Shown: positions 37,517-47,583, counted from the first letter of the stretch. The stretch is DNA of 64,000 nucleotides from an uncultured Bdellovibrionales bacterium (GCA_964530135.1 CAZGXN010000001.1:68110-132109); one strand, 5' to 3'. The notes: generated from the sequence alone by a model not told the origin. Made by a program: numbers and translations.

Positions 37517-38211
37517 AACGATTTTTCATAAGCCACCCGAAGCGGCTGAAGGATACTCTGTTGATAGTACTCAACCAAGCGGCGTGATGATTGAACCACT
37601 CTCTCCCGTGCCGCTCGGCGGACGGGCTTTTGGGTCGCCGCTGAATCCTGTACCGTCCCCTCATACGCAGCCCGATAGGTATCATAGGCCGAGAGCAATT
37701 CCGCCGATCGATTTTTTAATTCTGGTAATGCTGCCTCGATCAGCTGTGTCTCGATACCCCGATCTTTCAGGAGAGCTATCATTGCTTCTGTCCGTTGCCA
37801 AAGCACTGACATATCACGCTCCTTTTTTTCACGCAGTCCAGCTAGTGTTGCATTGGCTCGCGGCAAAATGGGAGGGAGATTCGAGAGTGCTGGTTCCGAT
37901 GTATGAGTAACTGGAGAAGGCTTTGGGGATGAAGGTACTTCACCCGACGAGAAGTCCGGATCCCGTTGTATTTCTTCGATCTTCTGTGTGCATTCGGCAA
38001 CCGAATACCCCGTGTACTCTCTGCAGCGCTCCACATTCATATATTTTTTCACCAGTGTTTTGCAAGTGCTCTCGCCAAAGCCAGTGCGCTGCCGACACTG
38101 AGCGATGACTGTTTCGAGCGCACTCGCACCATGAACTGACGCCCAGGGAAATAACCAACCCATGAGGATCCCCCCACTCAACACGAGAAAAAAAATCAAT
38201 GATTGCACCAT
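37513..38211 (-). CDS. Hypothetical secreted protein (signal peptide, Cys-containing N-terminal region, coiled-coil C-terminus)
   Basis: Signal-peptide-like N-terminus. No recognisable domain. Confidence 0.45.
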   Translation of the reverse strand: MVQSLIFFLVLSGGILMGWLFPWASVHGASALETVIAQCRQRTGFGESTCKTLVKKYMNVERCREYTGYSVAECTQKIEEIQRDPDFSSGEVPSSPKPSPVTHTSEPALSNLPPILPRANATLAGLREKKERDMSVLWQRTEAMIALLKDRGIETQLIEAALPELKNRSAELLSAYDTYRAAYEGTVQDSAATQKPVRRAARERVVQSSRRLVEYYQQSILQPLRVAYEKSL

Positions 38212-38242
38212 AAAAAATACCTATTACCATCCCCAGTATAAA

Positions 38243-38698
38243 CTATTGTGCCTGTGTGTGCTGTTCCGACAACTCTCCGTCGGTCGGATCACTTTGATCC
38301 AACCACTGCTGCAGAATGATACAGGCGGCCTCAGCATCGTCCCTCTGGCCAACATGTTTTTCACCTCGCTGGATGAGTTGCTGCTGGGCCAGTTTGGTTG
38401 TAAACATCTCATCTTGATACGCTATCTGGACACCAAATTTTTCCCTGAGTTTCCGGCCAAATGCTTCACCAGGGTGTTCGGTCTCTGGACGATTGATATA
38501 GGATGGTATACCAATGATGACTGTCGCGATGCGCTCGTCGATGATGAGTTTCCCGAGACGCTCAAACACGCCAGTATCATTGCGCTCCGTCAGTAGTGGG
38601 ATGGCGATGCGGGTTTCTCCGTGCGCGAGAGCGATACCGATATTCCGTTTCCCCCAGTCAATACCCAAAAAGTTCAGTCGTTCAGGCTGGTCTATCAT
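38243..38698 (-). CDS. ruvX: Holliday-junction resolvase-like RuvX/YqgF (pre-16S rRNA nuclease)
   Basis: LGIDWGKRNIGIALA...VIIGIP... RNase H-like YqgF motifs. Confidence 0.75.
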   Translation of the reverse strand: MIDQPERLNFLGIDWGKRNIGIALAHGETRIAIPLLTERNDTGVFERLGKLIIDERIATVIIGIPSYINRPETEHPGEAFGRKLREKFGVQIAYQDEMFTTKLAQQQLIQRGEKHVGQRDDAEAACIILQQWLDQSDPTDGELSEQHTQAQ

Positions 38699-39471
38699 AG
38701 TGCCGTCAAGATCTCGTATCCATGCTCCGTAATCAAAACCGTATTTTCAACATGTCCGGACAATGTCCCGTCCTGGGTCAGAAAAGTCCAGCCATCGGGT
38801 CCAAGCCGCACCTGATGACTCCCTTGATTCACCATCGGCTCAAGCGCCACCGTCATACCAGCCAAGAAATGAAACTGCGGTAATCCTGAACCCTGATAAT
38901 TTGGAATTTGCGGATCCTCATGCAGCTCGCGACCGACACCATGTCCAACCAAATCACGCACACAGGAAAATCCAGCGGCCTTCACAACCCCCTCCACTGC
39001 CCGAGCGTAGAGCTCCAACGAGGATCCAGCAGCAAGTGTCACCATCCCCGCCTCGAGAGCGGCTTCTGTAACCGCTTTGATGCGTTTTGCTTCCGGACGC
39101 TCCGTGCCGATAATTTTCATACGCGCCATATCAGAAACCATACCCCGATACCGCATCCCGATATCAATTTTCAAGAGATCTCCGTCCGCCAAAACCCGCT
39201 CCTCGCGAGGAATGCCATGCACTACCTCTTCGTTGAGCGACAGACAAACTGCTGCCGGAAACGGCGGTGCACCCCAGGCCTTTCCATACCCTTTAAAAAT
39301 CGGCTCACCCCCTACAGTCTGAATGCGGGCTTCAGCCAAACGGCCTAGAGCGCCCGTCGAAACTCCCGGCATTGCGGATTCGAGGAGTTCCTCAACAATC
39401 TGTGCCAAGCGCTTCCCCGATTCACGGAGCGCTCGGATTTCTTCTTCTGTCTTTATCCATTGTTTAGCCAT
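38695..39471 (-). CDS. map: Methionine aminopeptidase type I
   Basis: Metal-ligand pattern D...D...H...E...E. The start is set at MAKQWIKTEEEI (39471), 1 nt after the adk stop. The track ORF extends to 39540. Confidence 0.85.
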   Translation of the reverse strand: MAKQWIKTEEEIRALRESGKRLAQIVEELLESAMPGVSTGALGRLAEARIQTVGGEPIFKGYGKAWGAPPFPAAVCLSLNEEVVHGIPREERVLADGDLLKIDIGMRYRGMVSDMARMKIIGTERPEAKRIKAVTEAALEAGMVTLAAGSSLELYARAVEGVVKAAGFSCVRDLVGHGVGRELHEDPQIPNYQGSGLPQFHFLAGMTVALEPMVNQGSHQVRLGPDGWTFLTQDGTLSGHVENTVLITEHGYEILTAL

Positions 39472-39472
39472 A

Positions 39473-40135
39473 CTAATCGGGACGGACATGCTCCAAAATA
39501 AACTTGAAGACTTTGTATGTTTCCTGATTGCCATCGACATGCAACAGCTGGCCGGTCGACTCGAAATACCTCACTACTGGCAATGTCTGTTGATGGAATA
39601 TCTGATGTCGCTTGCGCACTCCGTCTTCGGTATCATCGGGCCGCTGAGAAATACGGCCACCACAATACCGGCACGGTTTAGTGCTATCGATCAAGTTCTT
39701 GCCAAGAATATAGGTCCGCTTGCACCCCTCGCACGCATAGCGCTTGGAAATCCGATCAACCGAAACTGCTTCCGGTACATCGATAAAGATGACTTTGTTC
39801 AGAGTCCGGCCCGATTCCTCCAGGACATGGAGAACCTTTTCAATTTGACTTTCGCGGCGCGGGATCCCGTCAATGAGAAGACCAACGGTCGGTGGGACGG
39901 ATTGGACTGCATCCACAAGTACAGAAAACACGATATCATCCGGAGCAAACTCATGTTTCACATTTATGGATTCGTTCACCTGACGACCGAGTGGCGTACT
40001 ATGGGCAGCGACCGCTCGAAGCTCTGCGCCAATATCAATGTGCACCAAATGGAGCGAGCTCTTGAGGAGTTCTGCTTGAGTACTTTTTCCGCTCCCCGCC
40101 GAACCGAGGAGGATATAGGTGTCTTTCAAAGGCAT
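39473..40135 (-). CDS. adk: Adenylate kinase with a zinc-binding LID domain
   Basis: P-loop GSAGSGKSTQ and LID CEGC...CRYCGG. Confidence 0.9.
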   Translation of the reverse strand: MPLKDTYILLGSAGSGKSTQAELLKSSLHLVHIDIGAELRAVAAHSTPLGRQVNESINVKHEFAPDDIVFSVLVDAVQSVPPTVGLLIDGIPRRESQIEKVLHVLEESGRTLNKVIFIDVPEAVSVDRISKRYACEGCKRTYILGKNLIDSTKPCRYCGGRISQRPDDTEDGVRKRHQIFHQQTLPVVRYFESTGQLLHVDGNQETYKVFKFILEHVRPD

Positions 40136-40336
40136 AGTTCTCTCTGTTAAACAGTGTGTTGATTTTTTAGTTCAGACTGACACGAGAATGATCTGAATAT
40201 ACCACTACAATATACGCGTCATTATTCATTTTCTTTGAACATTTCGAAGAATTTGAGAAAAATGGAGAACACTGTATTTCAAGCGGCGTGTCAGGTATCA
40301 AAGCTCATGAAAAAGAAATAGATCAAAAATAAATAA

Positions 40337-41608
40337 TTAAAGTCCCTCGTAACTCCGCATCATGAGCTGGCTCTGAATATGCTTCACGAGCTCAAGTACA
40401 ACCGAGACAACGATCAAAATACTGACACCACCAATCGAAAGCGCCTGGATACCCGTCATCCCCTGCACGATGATCGGGAGTATAGCGATAACACCGAGAA
40501 AGAGCGCGCCGGTAAAGGTAATACGGGTGATGATATGGTGGAGGTACTCAGCCGTTGATATACCAGGGCGAATACCTGGCACATACCCGCCCTGCTTCTG
40601 CAAATTCTCAGAAATCTTCATCGGATCAAACACCACTGCTGTATAAAAGTATGTAAAGAGTACAACAAGTGTAAAGTAGGCAATCCCATATACCCACTGG
40701 TTCTGGAGAAAGGTGGCCACCGAAATAGCCATCTCCGCAATGCGGGCATTTGGCGACGAGGTGAAGAAATTTGCGACCATGGTCGGGATCAAGATCAACG
40801 AGACCGCAAAAATGATAGGGATCACACCGGCTTGATTCACTCGAAGCGGCAGATGTGTCGCTGATCCGCCATAGACGCTCGAACCACGCACCCGCTTTGC
40901 ATAGGCAATCGGGATCGTGCGCTGACCCTCATTGATAAAGATAACTCCCGCCACGGTAATCAGTCCGAGAGCGAAAAAGACAAGATAGGTAAAAAATTGA
41001 GATGGGTCCCAGGTTGCAAAGAGGCGCGAGGCCCCCGTCGGCAGTGCGGCTACAATACCCGCAAAAATAAGCATCGAAACGCCGTTCCCCAACCCCTTCT
41101 CTGTGATGAGTTCACCGAGCCACATGAGAAAAACCGTCCCCGCCGTCGCCGAGAGAATGATCACAACGATCGTAAACGGGGTAATATCTGCCAGGATGTT
41201 CTGTGAACGCAGCAACGAGATCATACTGAATGACTGCAGTGCTGCCAAAGGCACAGTGAGCCAGCGCGTCCACATATTGAATTTCTGCCGACCCTGCTCA
41301 CCCTCTTCTTTGTACATCTTTTCAAGCGCTGGAAAAATTGTCTGCATGAGCTGCATGATGATCGATGCCGTGATATACGGTGCCACACCGAGGAGCACGA
41401 CCGAGATGTTTGAGAGTCCGCCGCCCGAAAAAATATTCAAGAGCCCCAAGAGCGCATTGTCTTCAAACAACCGTTTGAGCTGAAATACATCCACGCCTGG
41501 GAGTGGGATATTGGCTACCAGGCGATACACCACCAGAAGCCCCACGATAAAGAGAATCTTCTTGCGAAGATCGGGGGTGCGAAGGATTTGGGAGAAAATT
41601 TCAGTCAT
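40337..41608 (-). CDS. secY: Preprotein translocase subunit SecY
   Basis: Ten TM helices with the SecY signature. A 200-bp AT-rich spacer separates it from adk. Confidence 0.92.
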   Translation of the reverse strand: MTEIFSQILRTPDLRKKILFIVGLLVVYRLVANIPLPGVDVFQLKRLFEDNALLGLLNIFSGGGLSNISVVLLGVAPYITASIIMQLMQTIFPALEKMYKEEGEQGRQKFNMWTRWLTVPLAALQSFSMISLLRSQNILADITPFTIVVIILSATAGTVFLMWLGELITEKGLGNGVSMLIFAGIVAALPTGASRLFATWDPSQFFTYLVFFALGLITVAGVIFINEGQRTIPIAYAKRVRGSSVYGGSATHLPLRVNQAGVIPIIFAVSLILIPTMVANFFTSSPNARIAEMAISVATFLQNQWVYGIAYFTLVVLFTYFYTAVVFDPMKISENLQKQGGYVPGIRPGISTAEYLHHIITRITFTGALFLGVIAILPIIVQGMTGIQALSIGGVSILIVVSVVLELVKHIQSQLMMRSYEGL

Positions 41609-41901
41609 GAGTCAAAAACATCCTCATTTTAGGCCAAAACCGAGGAAATGGCAATGCTCCAAAAGTGCTCCAATGAAAATCAAATTATTTCCACTTTCCT
41701 TATGCCAAATCCTTGGGAACAACCACCAATTTCTCCTCCCTTCACTAGACGAGAAATAACGACCGAGTAGGGAATGTTCAAAAAAATAATCTCACAGATA
41801 TAAACAAAAAGACCCGAGGAATCTGCGATGCAGTTTCCAAGGGTCCGAGGGTCTAGGTGTCCAAGGGTCTTTTGCCCAATGGACTCCAAGAGACGAAAGC
41901 G

Positions 41902-42621
41902 TCAGAGCGCCGCGTTGCCGGGGCAGAGAACCTGGCGGTCAGCGAGCCAATCGCCAAGCTCGCCGAGCCCCCAGTCGTCGACGAACCACTGGCGGTCGTT
42001 AAAGTCCCAGCCGACACTCACGGTGAAAATTTCACCGTTTTTGCCCTCGACGTAGAAGATATTCGCGTAGCCGTTGTTGAGGAGCAAACCCGACTGGCCG
42101 CCCGGCTGTGCCTCGATCAAGGCTGCGATGTCTTCCAGCGTGGAGAGGTGGTTTTCCGGCAGTTCCTCCCTGATGTCTCGGTCGTAGGCGTTCGCTTTGA
42201 GGAGCGAGGCTACATAGGGACATGCCGGGGTCGAATCCACCGTCTGCCTGGCGTGGATGTCGAGGCGATCGGCGAAGGTGTCGTGGATGTAGAGGCCGGT
42301 GCCGGTCTGGTAGAACGCCGCCGCATTGAAGGGCTTGGTTCTCGCCGGAACGGTTGACTTGCCGACAGGCTTGAGGAGCCGGGTTTCAGCGAGTTGCGGG
42401 TAACGCGAGCTGAGCTGCTTCAGGGCATTGATGGTTGCGCGTTCGATGGCAACCTTGAGCTCGTCGCCGCGCACGATGACCAACTGGGCACCGTCCTTGT
42501 CGAGAAAAGTCGCTTGAGCGACTGCCGTTTTGGCAGCGCTTTCAGCGGCATCCGCGACGAAACGCACGATTTGCTTGTCCTGTCCTGACGTTACTTCTGA
42601 CGTGATTGGCTGAGCCATCAT
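41902..42621 (-). CDS. Hypothetical protein, GC-richer than its surroundings, inserted between rplO and secY
   Basis: RBS AAGGAG is 3 nt before the ATGATGG at 42621/42618. No recognisable domain. The gene has its own promoter and terminator. The track ORF begins at 42675. Confidence 0.55.
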   Translation of the reverse strand: MMAQPITSEVTSGQDKQIVRFVADAAESAAKTAVAQATFLDKDGAQLVIVRGDELKVAIERATINALKQLSSRYPQLAETRLLKPVGKSTVPARTKPFNAAAFYQTGTGLYIHDTFADRLDIHARQTVDSTPACPYVASLLKANAYDRDIREELPENHLSTLEDIAALIEAQPGGQSGLLLNNGYANIFYVEGKNGEIFTVSVGWDFNDRQWFVDDWGLGELGDWLADRQVLCPGNAAL

Positions 42622-42695
42622 CGTCTCCTTTGTCAAAGAAAATCCCCTGAATGCCGGGAATCGAGGCAGTCGCAAGTTTTCACTTACAACCCATA

Positions 42696-42724
42696 ATTAT
42701 ACACCTTTTTAGGCTTGGTGTCAA
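42696..42724 (-). promoter_or_regulatory. Perfect consensus sigma70 promoter on the minus strand (TTGACA-17-TATAAT) driving the inserted gene
   Basis: Minus strand reads TTGACAccaagcctaaaaaggtgTATAAT. Confidence 0.6.
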
Positions 42725-42732
42725 TACATAAA

Positions 42733-42758
42733 AGAGGCTCCCATGAGCCTCTTTTAAT
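42733..42758. terminator. Strong bidirectional intrinsic terminator immediately after rplO
   Basis: aaaAGAGGCTCccatGAGCCTCTttt: a perfect 8-bp stem flanked by A- and T-runs. Confidence 0.7.
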
Positions 42759-42777
42759 CTAAAAATTTGAATGAGGG

Positions 42778-43212
42778 CTACTCCTCGATGATCGAACCGC
42801 CCTTCTTCAAAGTCTCGGCGGCGCTCGCCGTCATGTCGATATCCTTGCCGATGACGAGCTTCTTCGTGAGTTTACCGGTATTGACGATTTTGACACCCGC
42901 TCGGCGGACAACTTTGCCCAAAATCTTCTTCTCGACAAACGCATCGCGGGTTACTTTCTCACCATCCTGGAAATGCTTTTCGAGACGGTCAAGAGTTACC
43001 GTAAAGAGCTTCTGATAGACGGACTTGAACCCGCGCAGCTTCTTCATCCGTTCGACGAGTGATGAACGCCCACCTTCAAACAACGGATCTTTCTTCTTGC
43101 CATGTGCACCCTGGCCCTTGGTACCACGACCAGCCGTTGTGCCACGTTTGCCACCCCGACCGATGCGCTGCGTCTTCTTGCGGGGAGCGAGTTTGAGTTC
43201 GTGAATCTGCAT
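42778..43212 (-). CDS. rplO: 50S ribosomal protein L15
   Basis: MQIHELKLAPRKKTQRIGRGGKRGTTAGRG... Confidence 0.92.
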   Translation of the reverse strand: MQIHELKLAPRKKTQRIGRGGKRGTTAGRGTKGQGAHGKKKDPLFEGGRSSLVERMKKLRGFKSVYQKLFTVTLDRLEKHFQDGEKVTRDAFVEKKILGKVVRRAGVKIVNTGKLTKKLVIGKDIDMTASAAETLKKGGSIIEE

Positions 43213-43222
43213 ATTGAGTATC

Positions 43223-43810
43223 TTAGACGGAAACGGCTGTTTGCTTATCTTCTGTCTTATCCTCGATCTTCACTGCTGCCGGGTTCTCCGTTCCCCCATC
43301 TGTTTCAATACTGGTCCGAAGTTTCTGCAGCGCGAGCAAGGTCGCTTGAGCCACATTGAGGTTGTTGGAGCTACCGAGGGACTTAGCAATGATGTCTTTC
43401 GCGCCGAGGAGGTCCATGACCGCGCGCACAGCACCACCAGCGATGAGTCCACGGCCAGTTGTCGCCGGTTTCAACAATACCTTGGCACTCCCATACTTCG
43501 CCGTCACATCGTGAGCGATCGAACTCCCTGTGAGCACTACTGTAATCATATTCTTCTTCGCCGCTTGGAAAGCCTTCTGGATCGCATCCGAAACATCGCT
43601 GCCTTTGGCGACACCGACACCGACTTTACCCTTACGATTGCCGATGACGAGCGTCGCGCGGAAACGGAAGCGACGACCGCCTTTAACGACACGAGTAACA
43701 CGCGCCAGATTGAGCATCTTCTGGTCGTACTCTGGCCGTTCACGGCGCTGGCCGCGTGGTCCACCTCGCCGCGGTCGTCCACCACCCTTCATTTGTTCAT
43801 TCGTCGCCAT
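43223..43810 (-). CDS. rpsE: 30S ribosomal protein S5 (basic N-terminal extension)
   Basis: ...MLNLARVTRVVKGGRRFRFRATLVIGNRKGKVGVGVAKG... No L30 gene lies between S5 and L15. Confidence 0.92.
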   Translation of the reverse strand: MATNEQMKGGGRPRRGGPRGQRRERPEYDQKMLNLARVTRVVKGGRRFRFRATLVIGNRKGKVGVGVAKGSDVSDAIQKAFQAAKKNMITVVLTGSSIAHDVTAKYGSAKVLLKPATTGRGLIAGGAVRAVMDLLGAKDIIAKSLGSSNNLNVAQATLLALQKLRTSIETDGGTENPAAVKIEDKTEDKQTAVSV

Positions 43811-43831
43811 AGAGCCTTATGTATTCAAAGC

Positions 43832-44209
43832 TTACATTATAATTCCCATTCCACGGACCGCTTCAGCAACCGCTTTTACCTTGCCATGGAATAGATATCC
43901 CGCCCGATCAAACACGGCAGTTTTTACTCCAAGCTTTCCCAGACGCTCACCGAGCAACTTTCCAATGGCACCAGCCTCAACGACCGTATTCTTGGCTTTC
44001 TTTCCGAGTTCCTGATAATTGGCCTGGGCGAGGGTCTTTCCCGTGAGATCATCAATCGCCTGAACCGAGACACCCTGCAGGCTACGGTAGACTGCAATAC
44101 GCGGACACAGTGCCGTACCGGCCACTTTAGACCGGACACGGTTGTGCCGACGGGTGCGCTGTTCAGTCCTATTATAGAGTTTCTTCATACAATTCTCATT
44201 CGTGTTCAA
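43832..44209 (-). CDS. rplR: 50S ribosomal protein L18
   Basis: L18 family sequence. Confidence 0.9.
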   Translation of the reverse strand: MNTNENCMKKLYNRTEQRTRRHNRVRSKVAGTALCPRIAVYRSLQGVSVQAIDDLTGKTLAQANYQELGKKAKNTVVEAGAIGKLLGERLGKLGVKTAVFDRAGYLFHGKVKAVAEAVRGMGIIM

Positions 44210-44746
44210 TTAGGCCGCCGCCTTCTTGCCTTCCTTACGCCGCACCTGTTCACCGACATACCGGAAACCTTTTCCCTTGTACGGCTCGACGGGCTTTTGT
44301 TTTCTCACCACCGCAGCAAATTGACCGACCTTTTGCTTATCAAGACCAGAGAGGGTCAGCACATTGTTTTCAATTTTTGCATCAATACCCTCAGGCACTT
44401 CCATGACAACGGGATGTGAAAAACCCAGTGCCAGCGTGAGTTTTTTGCCGGCGATATTCATCCGATATCCGACACCATTGAGCTCGAGAGCTCGAGAAAA
44501 TCCGGTGGTTACTCCCTCAAAAAGATTTTTCACCAACTTGGAAACAGTCCCCCACATTGCCCGCGCCTGAAGAGAATTTCCTTTTTTCTCAACGAGGATT
44601 TGACCACCGGCAAGCGTCAGAGTTACATCCAGCGTATGTGTCAGCGACAGCGTCCCCTTTGGACCCTTGACTGTGAGTACATTCGCGTGCAACGAGGCCT
44701 CACAGGCGGCCGGTATCTGAAATGGTTTTTTTCCAATTCTACTCAT
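44210..44746 (-). CDS. rplF: 50S ribosomal protein L6
   Basis: MSRIGKKPFQIPA... Confidence 0.92.
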   Translation of the reverse strand: MSRIGKKPFQIPAACEASLHANVLTVKGPKGTLSLTHTLDVTLTLAGGQILVEKKGNSLQARAMWGTVSKLVKNLFEGVTTGFSRALELNGVGYRMNIAGKKLTLALGFSHPVVMEVPEGIDAKIENNVLTLSGLDKQKVGQFAAVVRKQKPVEPYKGKGFRYVGEQVRRKEGKKAAA

Positions 44747-44755
44747 ATATGTGCA

Positions 44756-45160
44756 TTACCAAGCCTGACAAATATATTCCCCTCCGAGGTGGCGCTTGTG
44801 AGCCTCAAGTCCAGTCATAAGGCCCTGCGATGTCGAAATAATTGAGATACCGAAACCATTTTTTACCTTGATGATCTCGTTTTTCTTTACATACACGCGA
44901 CGCCCCTCTTTACTGATACGATCAATTTCCTGAATGACCGGCTCGCGCTTCGTAAGGGAGATTTGACGATACTTCAGAGTGATCTCAATCTCTTTTCGGA
45001 CACCCTCTTCAATCACGGTGATATCACCGACAAAGCCCTCGCGTTTGAGGATCTCGGCGATGGCACACTTCATTCGAGAAGCTGGAACACGCACACTGCC
45101 GTGGCCGGCGCGCTGAGCATTCCTGATTCGAGTGAGCATTTCTGCTATTGGGTCTAACAT
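44756..45160 (-). CDS. rpsH: 30S ribosomal protein S8
   Basis: MLDPIAEMLTRIRNA... Confidence 0.92.
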   Translation of the reverse strand: MLDPIAEMLTRIRNAQRAGHGSVRVPASRMKCAIAEILKREGFVGDITVIEEGVRKEIEITLKYRQISLTKREPVIQEIDRISKEGRRVYVKKNEIIKVKNGFGISIISTSQGLMTGLEAHKRHLGGEYICQAW

Positions 45161-45188
45161 ACCTGATGATTAATAGGGATTCTCGTAA

Positions 45189-45374
45189 TTACCACGAAGA
45201 CTTGCGAACTCCAGGGATCTCGCCCTTGCTGGCAAGCTCACGGAAGCAGATACGACAGATGTCATACGCTCGGAGATAGCCATGTTTGCGGCCACAGCGC
45301 CAGCAACGGTGCACAATCCGAGTGGAAAACTTCGGGGTCTTCTGAGAGCGAGCGTAGGTCGATGTCTTTGCCAT
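45189..45374 (-). CDS. rpsZ: 30S ribosomal protein S14 type Z (zinc-ribbon, 61 aa)
   Basis: [46 protein letters not shown]. The track ORF is extended upstream, but the real start is M 45374. Confidence 0.9.
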   Translation of the reverse strand: MAKTSTYARSQKTPKFSTRIVHRCWRCGRKHGYLRAYDICRICFRELASKGEIPGVRKSSW

Positions 45375-45385
45375 ATACTTCGTGT

Positions 45386-45949
45386 TTAGCGTGATTCTTC
45401 TGATGCCTCGGTTTGGAGTGGGAGACCGATGGCGCGGAACAAGCATTCGCCAGCGGCTTTGTCTTTCGCGGTCGTAACAATCGTAACCTGGAAGCTAAAT
45501 ACCGTCTGGACTTTTTCTGGAATGATTTCTGGAAACACCATATGCTCTTTGAGACCGATATTGCAGTTGCCATAGGTATCGACCGAACGCAGTGTAACCC
45601 CCTGAAAGTCACGCACACGCGGGAGAGCCACATGGATGAGCCGGTCGAGAAAGTCCAGCATACGCCTGCCTCGCAATGTAACACGCATCCCAACCTCGAG
45701 CTCTTCACGGATCTTAAATCCGGCGATGGCTTTACGTGCCTTGGTCGCGACGACTTTCTGACCAGTGATCATTTCAAGCGCCGTCCGAATTTCTTCGATC
45801 CGGTTATTCTCCTTGAGGAATTTCCCCACGCCAACATTCACAACCACTCGGTCGAGCTTGGGGAGCGCGTTCGGATTCTCCGTTTTCAGGAGTTTCTTCA
45901 ATGCCGGAAGAGCCTTGGCTTCGTAATTTTTCTTGGTGAGGGATGACAT
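45386..45949 (-). CDS. rplE: 50S ribosomal protein L5
   Basis: L5 family sequence. Confidence 0.92.
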   Translation of the reverse strand: MSSLTKKNYEAKALPALKKLLKTENPNALPKLDRVVVNVGVGKFLKENNRIEEIRTALEMITGQKVVATKARKAIAGFKIREELEVGMRVTLRGRRMLDFLDRLIHVALPRVRDFQGVTLRSVDTYGNCNIGLKEHMVFPEIIPEKVQTVFSFQVTIVTTAKDKAAGECLFRAIGLPLQTEASEESR

Positions 45950-45953
45950 ATCT

Positions 45954-46262
45954 CTAGTTCAGGTCTTTACCCGATTTTTTACTGACACGGACCTTTTCAG
46001 TACCACTCACCCGATACCCGACGCGCGATGGTGTACCTGTCTCTGGATCAATGAGCATAACATTTGAGACATGGATCGGCATTGGCATTTCTACTCGTTC
46101 GCCCTTTTCACCCGCTGTCTTTGCTTTGCGGTGACGCGTACCGATATTCGCACCTTCAACGATCACTTTTCCGAGCGCTGGAAACACGCGCGTTACAGCC
46201 CCGCGCTTTCCTCGGTCCTTACCGGTTACTACTTCTACTTGGTCACCTTTCTTGATTTTCAT
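45954..46262 (-). CDS. rplX: 50S ribosomal protein L24
   Basis: MKIKKGDQVEVVTGKDRGKRG... Confidence 0.92.
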   Translation of the reverse strand: MKIKKGDQVEVVTGKDRGKRGAVTRVFPALGKVIVEGANIGTRHRKAKTAGEKGERVEMPMPIHVSNVMLIDPETGTPSRVGYRVSGTEKVRVSKKSGKDLN

Positions 46263-46267
46263 AATCT

Positions 46268-46639
46268 TTAGAGTACTTCTGGAGCGAGTGAAACAATTTT
46301 CGCGAATCCCTTTTCCCGCAATTCACGAGCAATCGGTCCAAAGATGCGCGACCCCTTTGGGTCCTGAGTTGTCCCTTCGAGAATAACGGCCGCATTTTCA
46401 TCGAAACGAATATAGGAATTGTCCTTTCGGCGATGTGCTTGCTTCTGACGGACAATCACTGCTTTGACTTTATCACCCTTTTTCACGAGACCACGCGGTT
46501 CAGCAACCTTGACCGAAGCGACGACGATATCACCCAAGCCAGCATAACGACGGCGTGTTCCACCGAGCACCTTGAAGCACTCAATGACTCGGGCACCCGA
46601 GTTATCTGCAACAATGAGTCTGGATTCTGCTTGGATCAT
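46268..46639 (-). CDS. rplN: 50S ribosomal protein L14
   Basis: [17 protein letters not shown]... Confidence 0.93.
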   Translation of the reverse strand: MIQAESRLIVADNSGARVIECFKVLGGTRRRYAGLGDIVVASVKVAEPRGLVKKGDKVKAVIVRQKQAHRRKDNSYIRFDENAAVILEGTTQDPKGSRIFGPIARELREKGFAKIVSLAPEVL

Positions 46640-46668
46640 ATACTTCTCCCGTGGGGCTTTTCAGCTAT

Positions 46669-46929
46669 TTATTCGACGACGATAATATGGTGCTTTTGTT
46701 TGGACAGTGGACGACACTCACGAAAGGTTACGACTTGACCGAGTGCATATTCTTGACCCTCTGTTTCAACCTTGTACCGCTTTGTCGCCTGATACTGTTT
46801 CTTGTATTTTGGATGCGTTTTGAGTGTCTCAACAGCAACCACAACGGTGTTTTTCATGCGATTTGAAACCACCGTACCCTTCCAGGTTGGGACATTCGAT
46901 TTTTTTCCGATGTTCGTTGTTGCAGTCAT
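46669..46929 (-). CDS. rpsQ: 30S ribosomal protein S17
   Basis: S17 family sequence. Confidence 0.9.
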   Translation of the reverse strand: MTATTNIGKKSNVPTWKGTVVSNRMKNTVVVAVETLKTHPKYKKQYQATKRYKVETEGQEYALGQVVTFRECRPLSKQKHHIIVVE

Positions 46930-46941
46930 ACGCGTGTGAGA

Positions 46942-47139
46942 TTATTCGTTCTTCATACCAGCTTCACGCTCCAGAGTCATGAGACGTGCGATATCACGCC
47001 TGGTCTTCCGGTGCTCACTGTGCTGCTTTGAAGCGCGCGTCGCGAGATCAAAGCGTAGCCCCCGCAATCGATCACGCAACTCCAAAAGAGCCTTTTCTCG
47101 CTCACCCCCTGTTTTTTCCCGCCATTCTTTCGCTTTCAT
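46942..47139 (-). CDS. rpmC: 50S ribosomal protein L29
   Basis: [25 protein letters not shown]... The track ORF has 7 extra N-terminal codons, reaching 47160. Confidence 0.85.
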   Translation of the reverse strand: MKAKEWREKTGGEREKALLELRDRLRGLRFDLATRASKQHSEHRKTRRDIARLMTLEREAGMKNE

Positions 47140-47143
47140 ACGC

Positions 47144-47560
47144 TTATTCCTTGACGACAAATCGGCTTTTTACAGACAGTTTATGGGATGCAAGCCGCAT
47201 TGCCTCCGCCGCCGTCGCTTTCGGAACACCATCGAGTTCAAACAACATCCGGCCGGCCGAAACCTTGGCAGCAAAATGGTCTGGTGTCCCCTTACCTTTA
47301 CCCATTGGGACCTGCTCACCCTTTTTGGTGATAGGTGTATCTGGAAAAATACGAATCCAGACTTTGCCACCGCGCGCGATGAATCGAGTCATAGCCCGAC
47401 GGGCCGCTTCGATCTGGCGGGCTGAAATGATGCCCCCCTCGGTCGCCTTCAGTCCAAAGGCACCAAAGCTGATCTTGTCGCCACGCGACGCAATAGTACC
47501 GACGGGATTGTATCCACGCTGGACTTTACGGTGCTTTACTTTTCGGGGCATGAGATTCAT
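47144..47560 (-). CDS. rplP: 50S ribosomal protein L16
   Basis: MNLMPRKVKHRKVQRG... Confidence 0.93.
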   Translation of the reverse strand: MNLMPRKVKHRKVQRGYNPVGTIASRGDKISFGAFGLKATEGGIISARQIEAARRAMTRFIARGGKVWIRIFPDTPITKKGEQVPMGKGKGTPDHFAAKVSAGRMLFELDGVPKATAAEAMRLASHKLSVKSRFVVKE

Positions 47561-47583
47561 AGCGTCTCCTTCGTATGTTTACA

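Noticed and set aside
40136-40336. Possible missed small r-protein gene (rpmJ/infA) in the 200-bp adk-secY spacer
   Set aside because: Reading both strands gives only open frames of 15 codons or fewer, and nothing resembles L36 or IF1. The region is treated as an AT-rich non-coding spacer, possibly a promoter.
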